Of a stretch of 64,000 nucleotides of DNA, positions 25,031 through 37,326 are shown one piece after another (positions within the stretch are counted from its first letter, which is position 1; each line of letters begins with the position of its first letter). The notes under the pieces are model-generated. The model made no database searches. It saw nothing but the letters and a program-made list of their open reading frames with translations, and had not been told where the DNA came from. The stretch comes from Malacoraja senta. Its lineage: Eukaryota. The translations under genes were made by a program, and so were the position numbers. The stretch is taken from contig CM075998.1 of the NCBI GenBank assembly GCA_038087875.1, positions 1,862,001-1,926,000 of the forward strand, given 5' to 3'.

Positions 25031-25692
25031 CTGTCTGCCATCTATGGTACAGTTCATTACATCATATTCTTCCAATAGTTCTCATCCATTATCTCAGTCT
25101 GGTGTTGACTGTATTGTTTCATAAGTTAATTTTGCTTAGTCTGCTTGCTTGCTATGCCAAATTAACCTTGAAAGATACGATTTATACAGGTAATTATTAT
25201 ACAAATCCAAATGACCACACTTCCTCTTTTCATTTACATCAATTACATCGCAACGGTGTCTGCTCAATGTCACACATACTTTTGAGTTACAATGATTCAA
25301 CTTAAAAATATTTGCCTGGATTTTTTGTTTGTAACCTCAGAACAAATTGCTGTATCAATAGTACATGAAGACCTGAATTTGTAAGGCATTAACGCCTTTT
25401 GTTAGTCATGAAACAAACTGCGCATGTATCACTGTATTGATTGTTTTCTAGATTCTAAATATGCTTCTACGTAAAATTACTTTCTTGGTTTGTAACTGAA
25501 TGATGCCATCTGCTGAAGGGCCAGTATTTGTCCTGTACCGTTCTATGTTTTATCTGCACTTTCGATAATGTTTACTATGGATCATTTGCAAAGCAAGAGT
25601 GCCATCTACTGGCAAGTGAAACTTCTTCAATGATGCAGAACATATGTACTGGCTCTATATGTAAATAGCAAACATTTTTTTACCTCTCTTTT

Positions 25693-26063
25693 GAAGAAGG
25701 GTCCCGACGCGAAGTGTCACCTATCCATGTTCTCCAGAGATGCTGCCTGACCCGCAGTTACTCCAGCACTTTGTGTCTTTTGTTGTAAACCAGCACAAAT
25801 GTATCTACATTCTTTTACCTCTGCAGTCCCTGCCTCATCTCCACCTCTTCAATGGCTCGATAGGTTCATCCAGTGGGTAGATGAGCCAAGGCAGATTTGA
25901 TTCAAGAATGATCCAAAGATAGGCATAAAGTGACTCAGCGGGTCAGGCAGCATCTCTGGAGAAAATAGATGGGTGACGTTTCGAGTCGGGACCCTTCTTC
26001 AGACTTATTTTTTATTACATTGTTATTTTATTATCCTTTTTATCATCCTTTTTATTACATTAG
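25693..26063. mobile_element. Two Penelope-derived single-arm insertions
   Basis: 25693-25800 (+) and 25917-26005 (-). The latter, with an AT-rich filler, is flanked by a 12-bp direct repeat agaatgatccaa (25905-25916 / 26064-26075). Confidence 0.7.
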
Positions 26064-26749
26064 AGAATGATCCAATTTGTTCTCCAGCACAAGGTCCACA
26101 ATGCCAGATCAGACAGAAGGAAATTGAATAAAATTGACATTGGAATGTATACAAAAACACTTATTTAAAAAGAAAATTGACCTCGCATTGAATGTTTTTA
26201 CCATTTTATGCCACTTTGTGTGAAACAAGTGCAAATTATGTACATTTAGCAGGCACTAGAATTCTCCATTTTGCTCATGATCTTGTCTTTGCCAAATCAA
26301 CAGGTGGCTATTCAGCACCTGGCAGCTGTAAGTAATAGTAGGTGAAGCACAGGTGAGCAGTCTGATCTAGCATTGTGGAGCATGACAACCTCATTTCTGG
26401 AATTAATTTGGTATTTCAGTGGTTCCCATTGTAAGTGAATGTGTAGTAACTGGCATCAAACTCTTCTCTTTTCACCAATGCCAATCTTAAGTCAGCTATT
26501 GAGAGGTACTCACAAGGAGTCTGGGAACAACTTCTTTCCACCTTTTAATGTGATTATAGTCCATCAGTGGTTGACGTAAATAGTTAAAGCTGATCCCGCA
26601 CAACATTTACACAAGATTACAATCCGCTTGAATCAGGATGTTTGGGTTACGCACCAAAAAAATAATCAGCAGGATATTTATCCTACTGTTGGAATTTGTA
26701 CTACAGCTGCATTGTTCAATTTGAGCGAACACACCAGATACAATATGTT

Positions 26750-26987
26750 GTTAAAGAAGGAACTGCAGATGCTGGAAAATCGAAGGTACACAAAAATGCT
26801 GGAGAAACTCAGCGGGTGCAGCAGCATCTATGGAGCGAAGGAAATAGGCAAAGTTTTGGGTCGGAACCCTTCTTCAGACCCGAAACGTTGCCTATTTCCT
26901 TCGCTCCATTGATGCTGCCTCACCCGCTGAGTTTCTCCAGCATTTTTCTCTACCTTCGATTTTCCAGCATCTGCAGTTCCTTCTTAA
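26750..26987. mobile_element. Penelope-derived palindromic insertion
   Basis: Inverted arms of about 110 bp. Flanking direct repeat acaatatgtt (26740-26749 / 26988-26997). Confidence 0.85.
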
Positions 26988-27518
26988 ACAATATGTTCAC
27001 AGCTAGGTTTGATAATACAAGATCACACTGTTGATATAATCTTTAACTGCTATTCCAAAAGTAACCGTATAATGCAGAACCTCATTTTAAAGAAGCTTGT
27101 GCATTACAGAATCAACCCTTGGTCCCTCATTAACATGTTACTACACAGATAGAAGTATTTTGTAACAAGGCAAGTTGACTGGTATCTATTCCACTGCCAA
27201 GTCAGACAGTCACAGTCGATAATATAATGGGAATATGAAATAAAGCTAGAACTACTCAGCAGGTCGTGCAATGTTTGTGGAGAGAAAATACAACAATTAA
27301 CATTTTAGATCAATAACCTTTCATCAGTGTGAATGGTGCTGAGTATTTCCTGTGCTTATTGTTTTATTACAGATAGCATCTAAATTGTATGGAAAAATAA
27401 ACATTTGCATTTACACTCTTACCATACTCTAAACGTATCTTAAAGTGCTTCATCCCCAAATAAGTACTTGTTAAGTAGATTTACTATGAAAGCAAATATA
27501 GTTGCTAATTGATGCACA

Positions 27519-28703
27519 GAATAGAATAGAATAGAATAGAAACTTTATTTGCCACACGACCAGGGTTGGTGGTAATTGGGTTCGGTACATGATGGTACAC
27601 TGCTTTAGCACATTAACACTAACAACAATAATAATAAAGCACATCACAAATCACAAATCTCACCAACAATACATAGTGCAAAAGAACAGACAAAAACCAT
27701 AGACAAGACACTGTATACATCAAAGTCAAGAAGTTATTGGAGGGAATTGAGTGTTCTTATTGCTGAGGGGAAGAAACTGTTTTTAAAACGGGTGGATTTT
27801 GTAGCAAGTGACCTAAGGCGCCTCCCTGAAGGGAGAGACTGGAAAAGGTGGTTTGCTGGATGGGAGGGGTCCGAGATGATCTTTGTTGCCCGTTTTGAGG
27901 TACGTTGGAGGTAAATGGAATGGATTGAGGGGAGGGGAGAGTTGATGATCCTAGAGGCCTTGGAGACAATGCGCTGTATTCTGTGTAGTGAATGACTGTC
28001 AGTGTTTCCGTACCAGACTGTGATTGAGGAAGTGATGATGCTTTCAATGATGGATTGATAGAAGCGGACCAGGAGGTGTTTGTGGACTCTGAACTTTTTG
28101 AGCTGTCTTAGGAAGTATAGGCGTTGTTGTCCTTTCTTAATGATGTGGTCAGCATTGATGTGCCATTTTAGATTATTGCAGATATAGGTGCCCAGAAACT
28201 TAAATAAGTTCGTGGAGGTTATGGGATGGGAGTTGACATGGACCGGGGGTTTGAGGTTTTGTTTGCATCTGAAATCTATGATGGTTTCTAAGGTTTTTGA
28301 GGTGTTAAGCTGGAGGTTGTTTTCTGCGCACCATTTGACTGCGCTGTCCACTGTTTGATGGTATTGTGATTCATTGTTGTCTGAGATGAGGCCAATTATT
28401 GTTGTGTCGTCTGCATATTTGAAAATTTTAACTGAGCTGCATTGGGATGTGAGGTTGTTGGTGTAAAGTGAGAAGAGCTGAGGTGACAGAACGCACCCTT
28501 GAGGGGCTCCTGTATTGAGAGTCAGAGGGCTGGAGAGTTTTTCACCCACCTTGACTCTTTGTTGTCTGTTTGTCAGAAAATGTAAAATCCAATGGCACAT
28601 GGCTAGGTGAATGCCCATGTCCAACAGTTTATTGTAGAGTTTAATTGGGTGTATAGTATTAAAGGCCGAGCTAAAATCTATAAACAGGATGCGTGCATAA
28701 GTG
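27519..28703 (-). mobile_element. 5'-truncated Rex1/Babar-like LINE with open RT frame (27734-28708)
   Basis: [66 protein letters not shown] plus (TTCTA)n tail on the minus strand. Confidence 0.9.
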
Positions 28704-29429
28704 TGCATAAGATTCTACAAACAGTAAATGAGCTAAATGATCAGTTAATATGCTTTTGGGGGTCGAGAAAATAAAGGCTCGAACACTGACAAGACTCCAT
28801 ACTCTTGCAGTACACGCCACTAGATATTTTACATTCTCAATGTCAGGGAGATAGTATCACTAGCTTTAACGTCTCATTACAACTGTGCTTTTTCTTATCT
28901 TGGCAACTATTTATTCAGCAGCGTACTATTTTAAAGTCTGGTTCAAACAAAGAAAGTGTGAAATTTAAAAATGAGCCCCACTGGAAGCACCTTTCAATTT
29001 ATCCAAAATTCCACTTACATTATCTCCTGCACCGCTCCCCTTAACAATTGCTAGTGTCTCTCCTTCTGTCAATGCATTGAACCTATTATTTTATGTCTGT
29101 ATAAAATCTGTATAAAAATGTTTTGCTCCACAAAACCTCCACAACCTCTTTCTTCCTTGCAATCCAGGCTGCATTTTTTCTCTTCTAACTTTGATATCCT
29201 ATGCATCTCCCATCAATGGTGGCAGAGCCTTTAACTATAATAAAAAGTGAAAAAGATGGAAACATTTGGCAGATTAAGCAGCATCTGTAGAAAGAGAAAC
29301 TGTTCACATTTCAGTTTGTGGGCCCTTTGTCAGAACCATACTGCATTTTCTCTTTTTATTACAGATTTCCGCCATCAGCAGTTTTATTTTGTTTTCCTTC
29401 AACTATTTTGGGCATGCTCTTTGGAACTC

Positions 29430-29870
29430 ACTCCACAAGACCCTCTGGTGTACGAGGGAACGCTCTCTGCTTGCCCCATGTGGAGTCAGTCCGTGCACTC
29501 CTCATCCGCCATGTTACCTCTCCACCGTCCGGCAAAAGGAACACAAGCTTGAAAGCACGTAGCACCAGACGCAGGAACAGCTTCTTCCCCTCTGTTATCA
29601 GGCTTCTGAATGCTCCTTTCATAAGCTAGGGTACTATCTGATTCACCCCTACCCCATTGCGGACATTGGACTTTGTCTCTGGAACTGATGCGCTACAATG
29701 CTGAGAACTATATTCTGCGCTCTGTACCTTCCCCTTTGCTCTACCTATTGTACTTGAGTTTGACTTGATTGTATTTATGTATAGTATTATCTGATCTGTT
29801 TGGATAGCATACAGAACAAAGCTTTTCACTGTACCTCGGTAAACAAGACATTAATATACCTAAACCTAAA
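29430..29870 (+). mobile_element. Rex1/Babar-like LINE 3' end
   Basis: ...SLKARSTRRRNSFFPSVIRLLN followed by a UTR and (taaacc) tail. Similar to 49830-50170. Confidence 0.7.
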
Positions 29871-30314
29871 GATTTAGAGTTAAGAAAAGGGTAGGTTTAG
29901 ATGGAACCCAAGGGGGATTTTACTGCCTCTCTTCTCACCTTCAGTCTTTTCAAAAGTGGTTGCTTCAATTATACTTTCAGGCAGCTCACACTCTTAATTC
30001 TCTTACTATAGCTCGCCATCCAAAACCTAAAGCATTTACGATATTAAAGACCATATTAGTAGTTTCTCAGTTTCCTTATCTCAGAGAAAAAGAGTTTAAT
30101 TGCTTAAGCCTTGCTTCATAACTTGGTCTGCTAAACAATGATTCATGCCCTGCTACGTTTAGTCCGTGCTTAAACAAAATGGTTTCGAAATTCACGCAGT
30201 AAAACATTTCTATGTTATTATGTTTATGCTTAAACTATTGTTAAAATAAATCAGTACTACCACTGGTGCACAATGGTAGGTTGTACCATGGAGCTCCATA
30301 CATATGCACAGTCG

Positions 30315-30537
30315 TTTAGTTTAGTTTAAAGATACAGTGCGGAAACAGGCTCTCGGCCCACCGAGTCCACGCCAACCAGCAATCCCCGCATATTAACACT
30401 ATCCTACACACACTAGGGACAATTTACATTTTTTTTTATAAACCTGTAGGTCTTTGGAGTGCTGGAGAAAGCCCATGCAGTCATGGGAAGAACGTACAAA
30501 CTCCGTACAGACAGCACCCGTAGTCGGGATCGAACCC
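30315..30537 (-). mobile_element. HE1/V-SINE-like SINE, internally deleted
   Basis: (gttta)n tail and central domain in reverse complement. Confidence 0.8.
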
Positions 30538-31899
30538 CACCATCAACATCCAAGGGATCAACATTGACCAGCCTTGACCAGCCTCAGAAATGCTGAAAAG
30601 GAGGCTGGGCATCCTACAGCAGGTAACTTATCCCGTGACCTCCCGAACCTGCTTCATCAGAACTGTATCCATCATGCCAAATATTAATTCCGTTCATCAT
30701 GAGTGAATCATGGCTGCCAGGCGATCCATATAGTCCACATATTGACACATAGGCCAACATTGCATTTTGTATTTAGTTTAAGTGACTTGTATTGCTTTGT
30801 CCGAATATTAACAAAGATTACAATACAGTAGTATGAATAGATAAAATAAAATGTAGTAAAAATAACAACCAATAGAAATGTAAATAACAAATGAATCATG
30901 TTGTCAACATGGCAGTCAGAATAAAAATGTCTCTGTGCTAAACACACAGATGACTTCTCTATGGATTCTGCTCAGTGCATCTAGTAAGGAAGTTACACTA
31001 CAGTCTTTTTGTCCTTCACCGTATTTCCCCTTTCCTGTCATGAAATTTGTCATTTTGTTGAGGTGCAGGTCTACAAAGCTATAAAGAGAAAGTGGCAGAA
31101 ACATAGCAGGTCAGTCCACATTTGTGAAGAAAAATCAATGTTAATGATATTTTAGGTGTGGTTACTTTTACTTGTGTACTTTCATTACAATGCTGTATTA
31201 TTTAAAGGTTGGGACTTGGCAGAGTATAATACCATCTTGAATTAAGTTAGCAAGGAAGACAATTGAAGCAGCCGGCATAAATGAGTTCAAAAAAGTAGCA
31301 CTGGAACCCAAAATAGATATAGGCGTGGGTGTAAGTTTAAAGTATTAAGCTCAAGGGAGAAATGTTTCTGACAGCACATGGGGAGACGTTAAGAAAAAAA
31401 AGGAACCTAAATTCACATAATGGTCTTTCAATTAGAATAAGTATTGTGAAGAGAAGACCACCTTCAGCGAAGGAATAAAAAGGGAATTTAATTACAATAT
31501 TGAGATTATATTTAGAGTGGGAGAGAAATCAAGCTAACTTAGAGATATGCACAGTAAAATCAGAGTTGCAATGATAGGATCTTTCTAACTTTGAAATATC
31601 TAAATACAGCATGAAATAAAAAGGAGAGAACCTAGTATTTGTTATTTTTTGCTTTATTAGCATGTTCTACTTCCAACCAAGCATGATCATGGTTCTGGGA
31701 AGCAAAGCAGACAAGAAAACAAATTGAAGTTAAATGGGGAATTGAGTAACAGCAACACTAAAAAGAGGCTGCCCTAAAGATATTAGCTATTTAAATATGT
31801 CATGCATGAGATACAAGGTAAAAATCATTCCGACTAGAAATGAAGGGGATATACCAAAGGTTGTAATAAATGAACAGTATCAAGTAACAAAAAGGATTT

Positions 31900-32330
31900 T
31901 AATAGCTAAGATAATTGATGAAGGCAGAGTGATAGATGTCGTTTACGTGGACGTTAGCGATGCTTTTGACGAGGTCTCACAGAGTAGGCTGGTCTAGCGG
32001 GTTAAGGCACAGGGGATCTGAGGTATGTTGGAAAACTGGATCCAAAATTGGCTTGGTGATTAGAAGAGGGTCAAGGTGGATGGGTGTTTTATCTGACTGG
32101 AAATGTGTAACAAGTGGTGCACTGCAGGGATTAATACCGAGACCTTTGTTGTGTGTAATATATATGACTGGAATGAGAATATGGATGTGATGAGTAAATT
32201 TGTAGATGAGATTAGTAGAGTAGTAGATAGCATATAAGGTTGTTTATGGATAGAATGAGACATATTTCAGCTGCAAGGTTGGGTGGAGTGATGACAGACA
32301 GCATTTAATTCTGACAAGTGCAAACTGATG
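31900..32330 (+). mobile_element. Decayed CR1-like RT fragment
   Basis: DEGRVIDVVYVDVSDAFDEV and VTSGALQG motifs with stops and frameshifts. Confidence 0.7.
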
Positions 32331-32490
32331 CACTGAGCTTCTCTAGCACTTTGTGTCCTTTTGTGTAAACTAGTATCTGCAGTTCCTTGCTTCTACAGTA
32401 AAATTATACATGTAGATACTCTACATACATACAATCAAGCCAAAGTCAAGTACAATAGGTAATGCGAATGGAAAGATACAGAGTTCATAA

Positions 32491-32645
32491 TATAGACACT
32501 AAAAGCTGGAGTAACTCAGCGGGACAGGCAGCATCTCTGGAGGGAAGGAATGGGTGACGTTTCGGGTCGAGACCCATCTTCAGACTGGGAGTCAGGGGAG
32601 AGGGAAACTAGAGATATGGAGGGGTAAGGTGTGAAAACGACAAAT
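32491..32645 (-). mobile_element. Penelope-derived short repeat
   Basis: Single arm plus purine-rich extension. Minus strand ctgaagatgggtctcgacccgaaacgtc. Confidence 0.75.
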
Positions 32646-32987
32646 CAAAGCAGACGTTGATTAAATAAATGTTGAATACAGTTCACTTGTTCCCACTTCC
32701 CAGAGAATCTCACCATGCTTGGCCCCAGCAGGTGGTGCTGCTGCCCCTCAGAACCGGCCTCGCAATGGCTGAGAGAGAGAGAGCAACGTGTCATCTCCAA
32801 CGGCTCTGTGTATTTATTAAATGTTTTATTTTCTGTGTATCTCAAAAGTGGCTTTAAAAAAACCACCTCATGTTCAAATGTCAAGCTGATCCTTCCATGC
32901 CTTGGTGTCCAGCCACGAAAATATTGTGGAACATTTAACTCTTTCTCGAATTTTCCACATCCTCGGCGCAACTTATGAAGCTGCTAA

Positions 32988-33187
32988 ACAGACACAAAAT
33001 GCTGGAGTAACTCAGCAGGGACAGGCAGCATCTCTGGAGAGAAGGAATGGGTGACGTTTCGGGTCGAGACCCTTCCTCAGACTTCTTCCCAGACTGAAGA
33101 AGGGTCTCGACCCGAAACATCACCCATTCCTTCTCTCCAGAGACGCTGCCTGTCCCGCTGAGTTACTCCAGCTTTTTGTATCCATCT
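32988..33187. mobile_element. Penelope-derived palindromic insertion just upstream of the SPATS2 promoter
   Basis: Inverted arms of about 90 bp. ctgaagaagggtctcgacccgaaacatc at 33094-33121. Confidence 0.85.
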
Positions 33188-33399
33188 TATACACGAAGCT
33201 GCTTGTTCCTTGAGCCTTGTTTTAAATTGTTTTAAACTCTATCTATCCACTTACTTGCATTTCACGGAAGCAAAGCCGATTTACAATTTTTTTTTTAAGT
33301 CAAGAAGGGGTCAAGATGAGACTACATTGGACTAATTTAAATTCACGTTGGTGCTTTTTTTTGGCACTGCTGTGTCTCCCTTGGTGATGTTAATGAGGT

Positions 33400-33600
33400 C
33401 GGGTCGCTCTCTCCTCCTCCCCGCCCCCGGACTTCGGTTCGGAATCACTCGGGAAACCTCGTCAACCGGAAGTGACGCGCTGGGAGTGAGCGGCGCAGCC
33501 GAGTTGCTGAGAGTTTTTCTCCCTCCTTGTTGCGAGATCTTTGGTTGCGAGTCCCATTCTGAGAAGTGCTTCTGGTGGCATCGGTTGTCCTGAGGGAAGG
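33400..33600 (+). promoter_or_regulatory. SPATS2: CpG-rich promoter/TSS region of SPATS2
   Basis: Local CpG enrichment in unique sequence, GC box ccccgccccc (33419-33428), ETS-CRE composite ccggaagtgacgc (33466-33478). About 1 kb upstream of the SPATS2 ATG. Candidate UTR-exon donors near 33708 and 34061. Confidence 0.7.
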
Positions 33601-34436
33601 TTCACGCCTTTTGGACTCCAAATTAAAGAAATCATTTAATACAAATCTTCTTTAGCCTCAACAATTGAGAGAGAGAGAAGAAGAAAAAAAAATCACCAGT
33701 TGGGTGGGTGAGTTTTAGCTCTTTCTCTTTCTCTCTCACAAGAAAATTCCTCTCGGGTTCCCTCAGACTGCAAGACCAGTCCCGTTGAGACCACCTGGTT
33801 GTTTTAATTAGGCAGAGAGGGGAGGGAGGACAAAAGGTTTTCTTCCAAACTAGCCGATCTAGAAGGACGAAAAAAAGAAGAAAGAAAGCAACCGAAGACG
33901 AAGAAAGGAAGCTGGCGACTGGCTGGAAGCTTGATTTGTTGGGAGGCGGGAGGGGGGGTTGTAAGACAAAAAGAGCCAAAGTGCTGACTGACCACTGGGC
34001 CCTCTGCAGAATCGCCCCCTAAAGAAGAAAGGCTGTGTTTGTGACACACGCACCCCACTGGTAATTAGATTCGGTTATCCCAACGTTATTTCTCTGTCTA
34101 CCCCCCTCTCTTTTGTCAAAGACTGTTGCGTGGCTATTTGGTTCCTTTATTTTTTTTTTTGTGCGGTCTGATCGCAAGGGAACCAAAGACGGGAGTGTTC
34201 ATTAATGGTGTAAAATTTGTTGGCCAGCCTGTAATAGATGGGACACAAATGATTATTATTGATCATTGTCGATTTGTAGCGTTTCCAAGACGTCCCAGAA
34301 ACGCCGCTGAGAGGAAGAGATATATTGACGGAAGCTGTATCTTCTGCTTGGAAGACCTGGCAAGGGTGCTTGCTGAGCTCTCGCTTTAATTAGTCGAACT
34401 CGTTGACTACCTACTTTAAAGAAACAACAAACGGAG

Positions 34437-34461
34437 ATGGCTAAAAAGCAAAGTCAAAAAG
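34437..34461 (+). CDS. SPATS2: Spermatogenesis-associated serine-rich protein 2, first coding exon (MAKKQSQK + 1 nt)
   Basis: Kozak gagATGG, donor G|gtgagt (phase 1), resembles the human N-terminus MSRKQNQK. Splices in frame to 63639. Adjacent to DNAJC22, as in mammals. Confidence 0.85.
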
Positions 34462-36133
34462 GTGAGTAAAAAAGAATAATACAATGCGTTTCTCCAATAC
34501 TAATTTGTTTTGGGCTTTCCTTTCTAAGCTACAATCATCTTGAGAAGTTTATCTATTCATTTTGTGTTATACCCACTTTCTAAAAACGCAATCTGTTTAA
34601 TTTCACATTTGTCCTATATTACGAGAATAGTAATATTCTGAATCCAAATAATTGAATTCGGATTACTTCAGAAGTACAACTTTAAGCCCTAGTTGGTGTT
34701 ACTCCATTCAGTGTAGTGTTGGTGAATTTTGACAATTTGTGTAGTTTCTCAAGCTTTGGGAAAGAGTCTTGTGGGCATATATTACAGAATAGAAAATAAA
34801 TTGAGGGTGCAATTTGTAGACCAGTTAGACACGTATTACCTATTATGGTTAGTATAGTCTGATTAGTGTAATAATATGATGGGGAGGGGGGGTTCTGTTG
34901 TATGTTCAAGATTGTTCTTTGTCAATATATTGGTTTATTAAATGAGGAAGTACTAGTTGCCATGCTAATAACATTAAGTTCCATGTAAAAATTAAAAATA
35001 GAAATTGTGGACAAAGTTTGTGACTGGATTGTGTAAAATTATAGCATTCAAGAAAGAGACCTTATGGTAGAAAATGGTAAATAGATACACAGATATGACA
35101 CGATTAATGAACATTCCCATCTGGTTCTCTTGCGGTCAGAATTTATGAAGGAAGTAAATAGCCACGTAGCAGTCTTCTAGGCAGGAGATTGAGCATATTT
35201 CAGAAAGGGGGGGAAAAAGTACTTATGTGCAATGCTAACCAATTGTATAGGGAGATTAGATCGACTTTAATGGCTTGTGCGTTTCATTGGCAACACGTTG
35301 ATACTCTCCCGATTACATACATGAGGAAACTGCATATTTTGTTTGATACTCTTGTGTACACCTGTTTTTCTTTCACCGTTCAATTCTTTTTTGGAGGGAG
35401 GATTGCCCTGTCCTGTCACTTTGTCTTTTTCCACTATCTATTTATCATCTAGGTAAGTAATAAAATTAATTTTAAAAAGAGCATATTTATTATGCATAGT
35501 TGAATCAAAGGTTGTACTGTTACAACAAAGTCAAGTGGAGACAAGAGTCAAGAGTTTTTTTTTGTCATATTTCCCAGATAGGACAAGGAAAGAGCTACTA
35601 AAAATCTGGAAAATGAGTGAAGTATTGCAGGGCTGCTAACATTGGGTGAGAGTTGAGAGTGAGAAATTGCGAGGGAGCGTAGCGACTGAAGGGGGGAGGG
35701 TGGGTATCCCCCTCCCACGGTAGGGAGCTTTTGCATTTTTCAGCTTGAAATTTTGCAATCTAGTGCATACTGTAGTGAGTCTTTTAACTTACACTTGAAT
35801 GCAACATTTATGCTTTAATTTGGATTAGGTATGAATAAGGTTAGGCTAAATTACATTCCTAATAACATTCCACAGTAGAGCCAGGCTCTGATCAACAGGT
35901 GCAGTACATAAATGACTATATTCATGTATGGAAATCAGATTATAATTCATGCGGTTATGAGAGAAAGAAAAACATAGAAACAAGGCAAGAGGAGTCAGAC
36001 TTCCATCACTGTTCTGCACAAATAAATCAATCAACCTTACCCGTTGACTATAGAAACAAGACAAAAATAATGACACATATTCAACCGTATATGGTTCAAT
36101 GAAATTAAGATATATATATGTAAAACATATATA

Positions 36134-36340
36134 TGGAACCAGGCCCTTCAGCCCACCAAGTCCACACCGACCAGCAATCTCGCATACACCAGTTCCATCC
36201 TACACGCCAGGGACAATTTACAGAAGCCAATTAACCTACAAACCTGCACTTCTTTCGGATGTGGGAGAAACCGGAAAATCCAGAGAAAACCCATGTGGTA
36301 GTAAGGCAGCAACTCTACCGCTGCGCCATCGTGCCACCCC
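36134..36340 (-). mobile_element. HE1/V-SINE-like SINE, internally deleted
   Basis: Head and tail match in reverse complement. Confidence 0.8.
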
Positions 36341-36477
36341 ATTAAATTATTTTTTCTGTATTATATTTATTATGGTGTCACGTCAATAAAGATGAACACA
36401 TGATTCTGATTTCTGCCCTTAGTTGGATAACACACATCTCCAGTCATTGTGTTTTATGGCTGGTTTTCAACCTCTTC

Positions 36478-36605
36478 AGTCTGAAGGTCTCGACCTGAAA
36501 CATCACCCATTCTTTCTCTCCAGAGATGCTGCCTGTCCTGCCGAGTTTTCTAGTTTTTAGTGTCTATCTTCAGTTTAAACCAGCATCTGCAGTTCCTTCC
36601 TACAC
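36478..36605 (+). mobile_element. Penelope-derived short repeat (single arm)
   Basis: agtctgaaggtctcgacctgaaacatcacccatt...ctgcagttccttcctacac. Confidence 0.75.
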
Positions 36606-36921
36606 TCTTTGTTAAGCGAAACGGCTCCTATTCTCATAATATTATTCACCTCAATTAAGTTTTTTCTTCACCTCTGTTGCTGCAGAGAATACAATCCTAG
36701 TTATCAAATCTTTCTTCAAAGTGAAGAAAAAAAAATTCCAGCCCTGCCAACATCTTCAAAAATCACCCCTGGATCCTCTCCAGAGCAATTGCACCCTTTC
36801 TACAATGTGTCATTGTCTTACAGGAAACAGGCCCTTCATCCCAACTGTTTCATGCAGATCAAGATGCCCCATCTAAACTAGTCCCATTTATCTGCATTTG
36901 GCCCATATCCCTTTAAACCTT

Positions 36922-37326
36922 GTGTGTGTCAGTGAAGTGGCGACAACATCCGGAGTGAGCGGAGACTTGGCGATGCCCGGGGAGCGTTCCCCTCTTTCCC
37001 CCCCCCCTCCCCGGGAATGTGGGCTGGCCCAGGTGCTCTGTGTCCAGCTGGGGACCGGGGGGGGGGGGGGTGAGGTTCAGTGACGCCCCCACTCACCCGG
37101 TCCGCTCCTGGCTCTGGGCCGGGGTTAAAACTCCATAGGGTGTGGACAGAGTGGCCGACGGACACAGAGCCGCCGGAGGTGAGGGTGGGAGGTGTAAGCG
37201 GTGCCTCAGGGGTTGGTGCTGGGACCACTGCTGTGTCTCGCCTATCACACCATCTGCACGGGAGAAACTAAACAACTTTTTTTTCCCCCCCAAATCATCC
37301 CGCAGGCCGGTAGTTTGACAGCCCTG
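36922..37326. mobile_element. GC-rich hAT/Charlie-like fragment with one TIR, inside a CR1 3' remnant
   Basis: Ends ggccggtagtttgacagccctg (reverse complement cagggctgtcaaa). Flanked by minus-strand CR1 tail sequence at 36820-36920 and 37327-37400. Confidence 0.5.
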
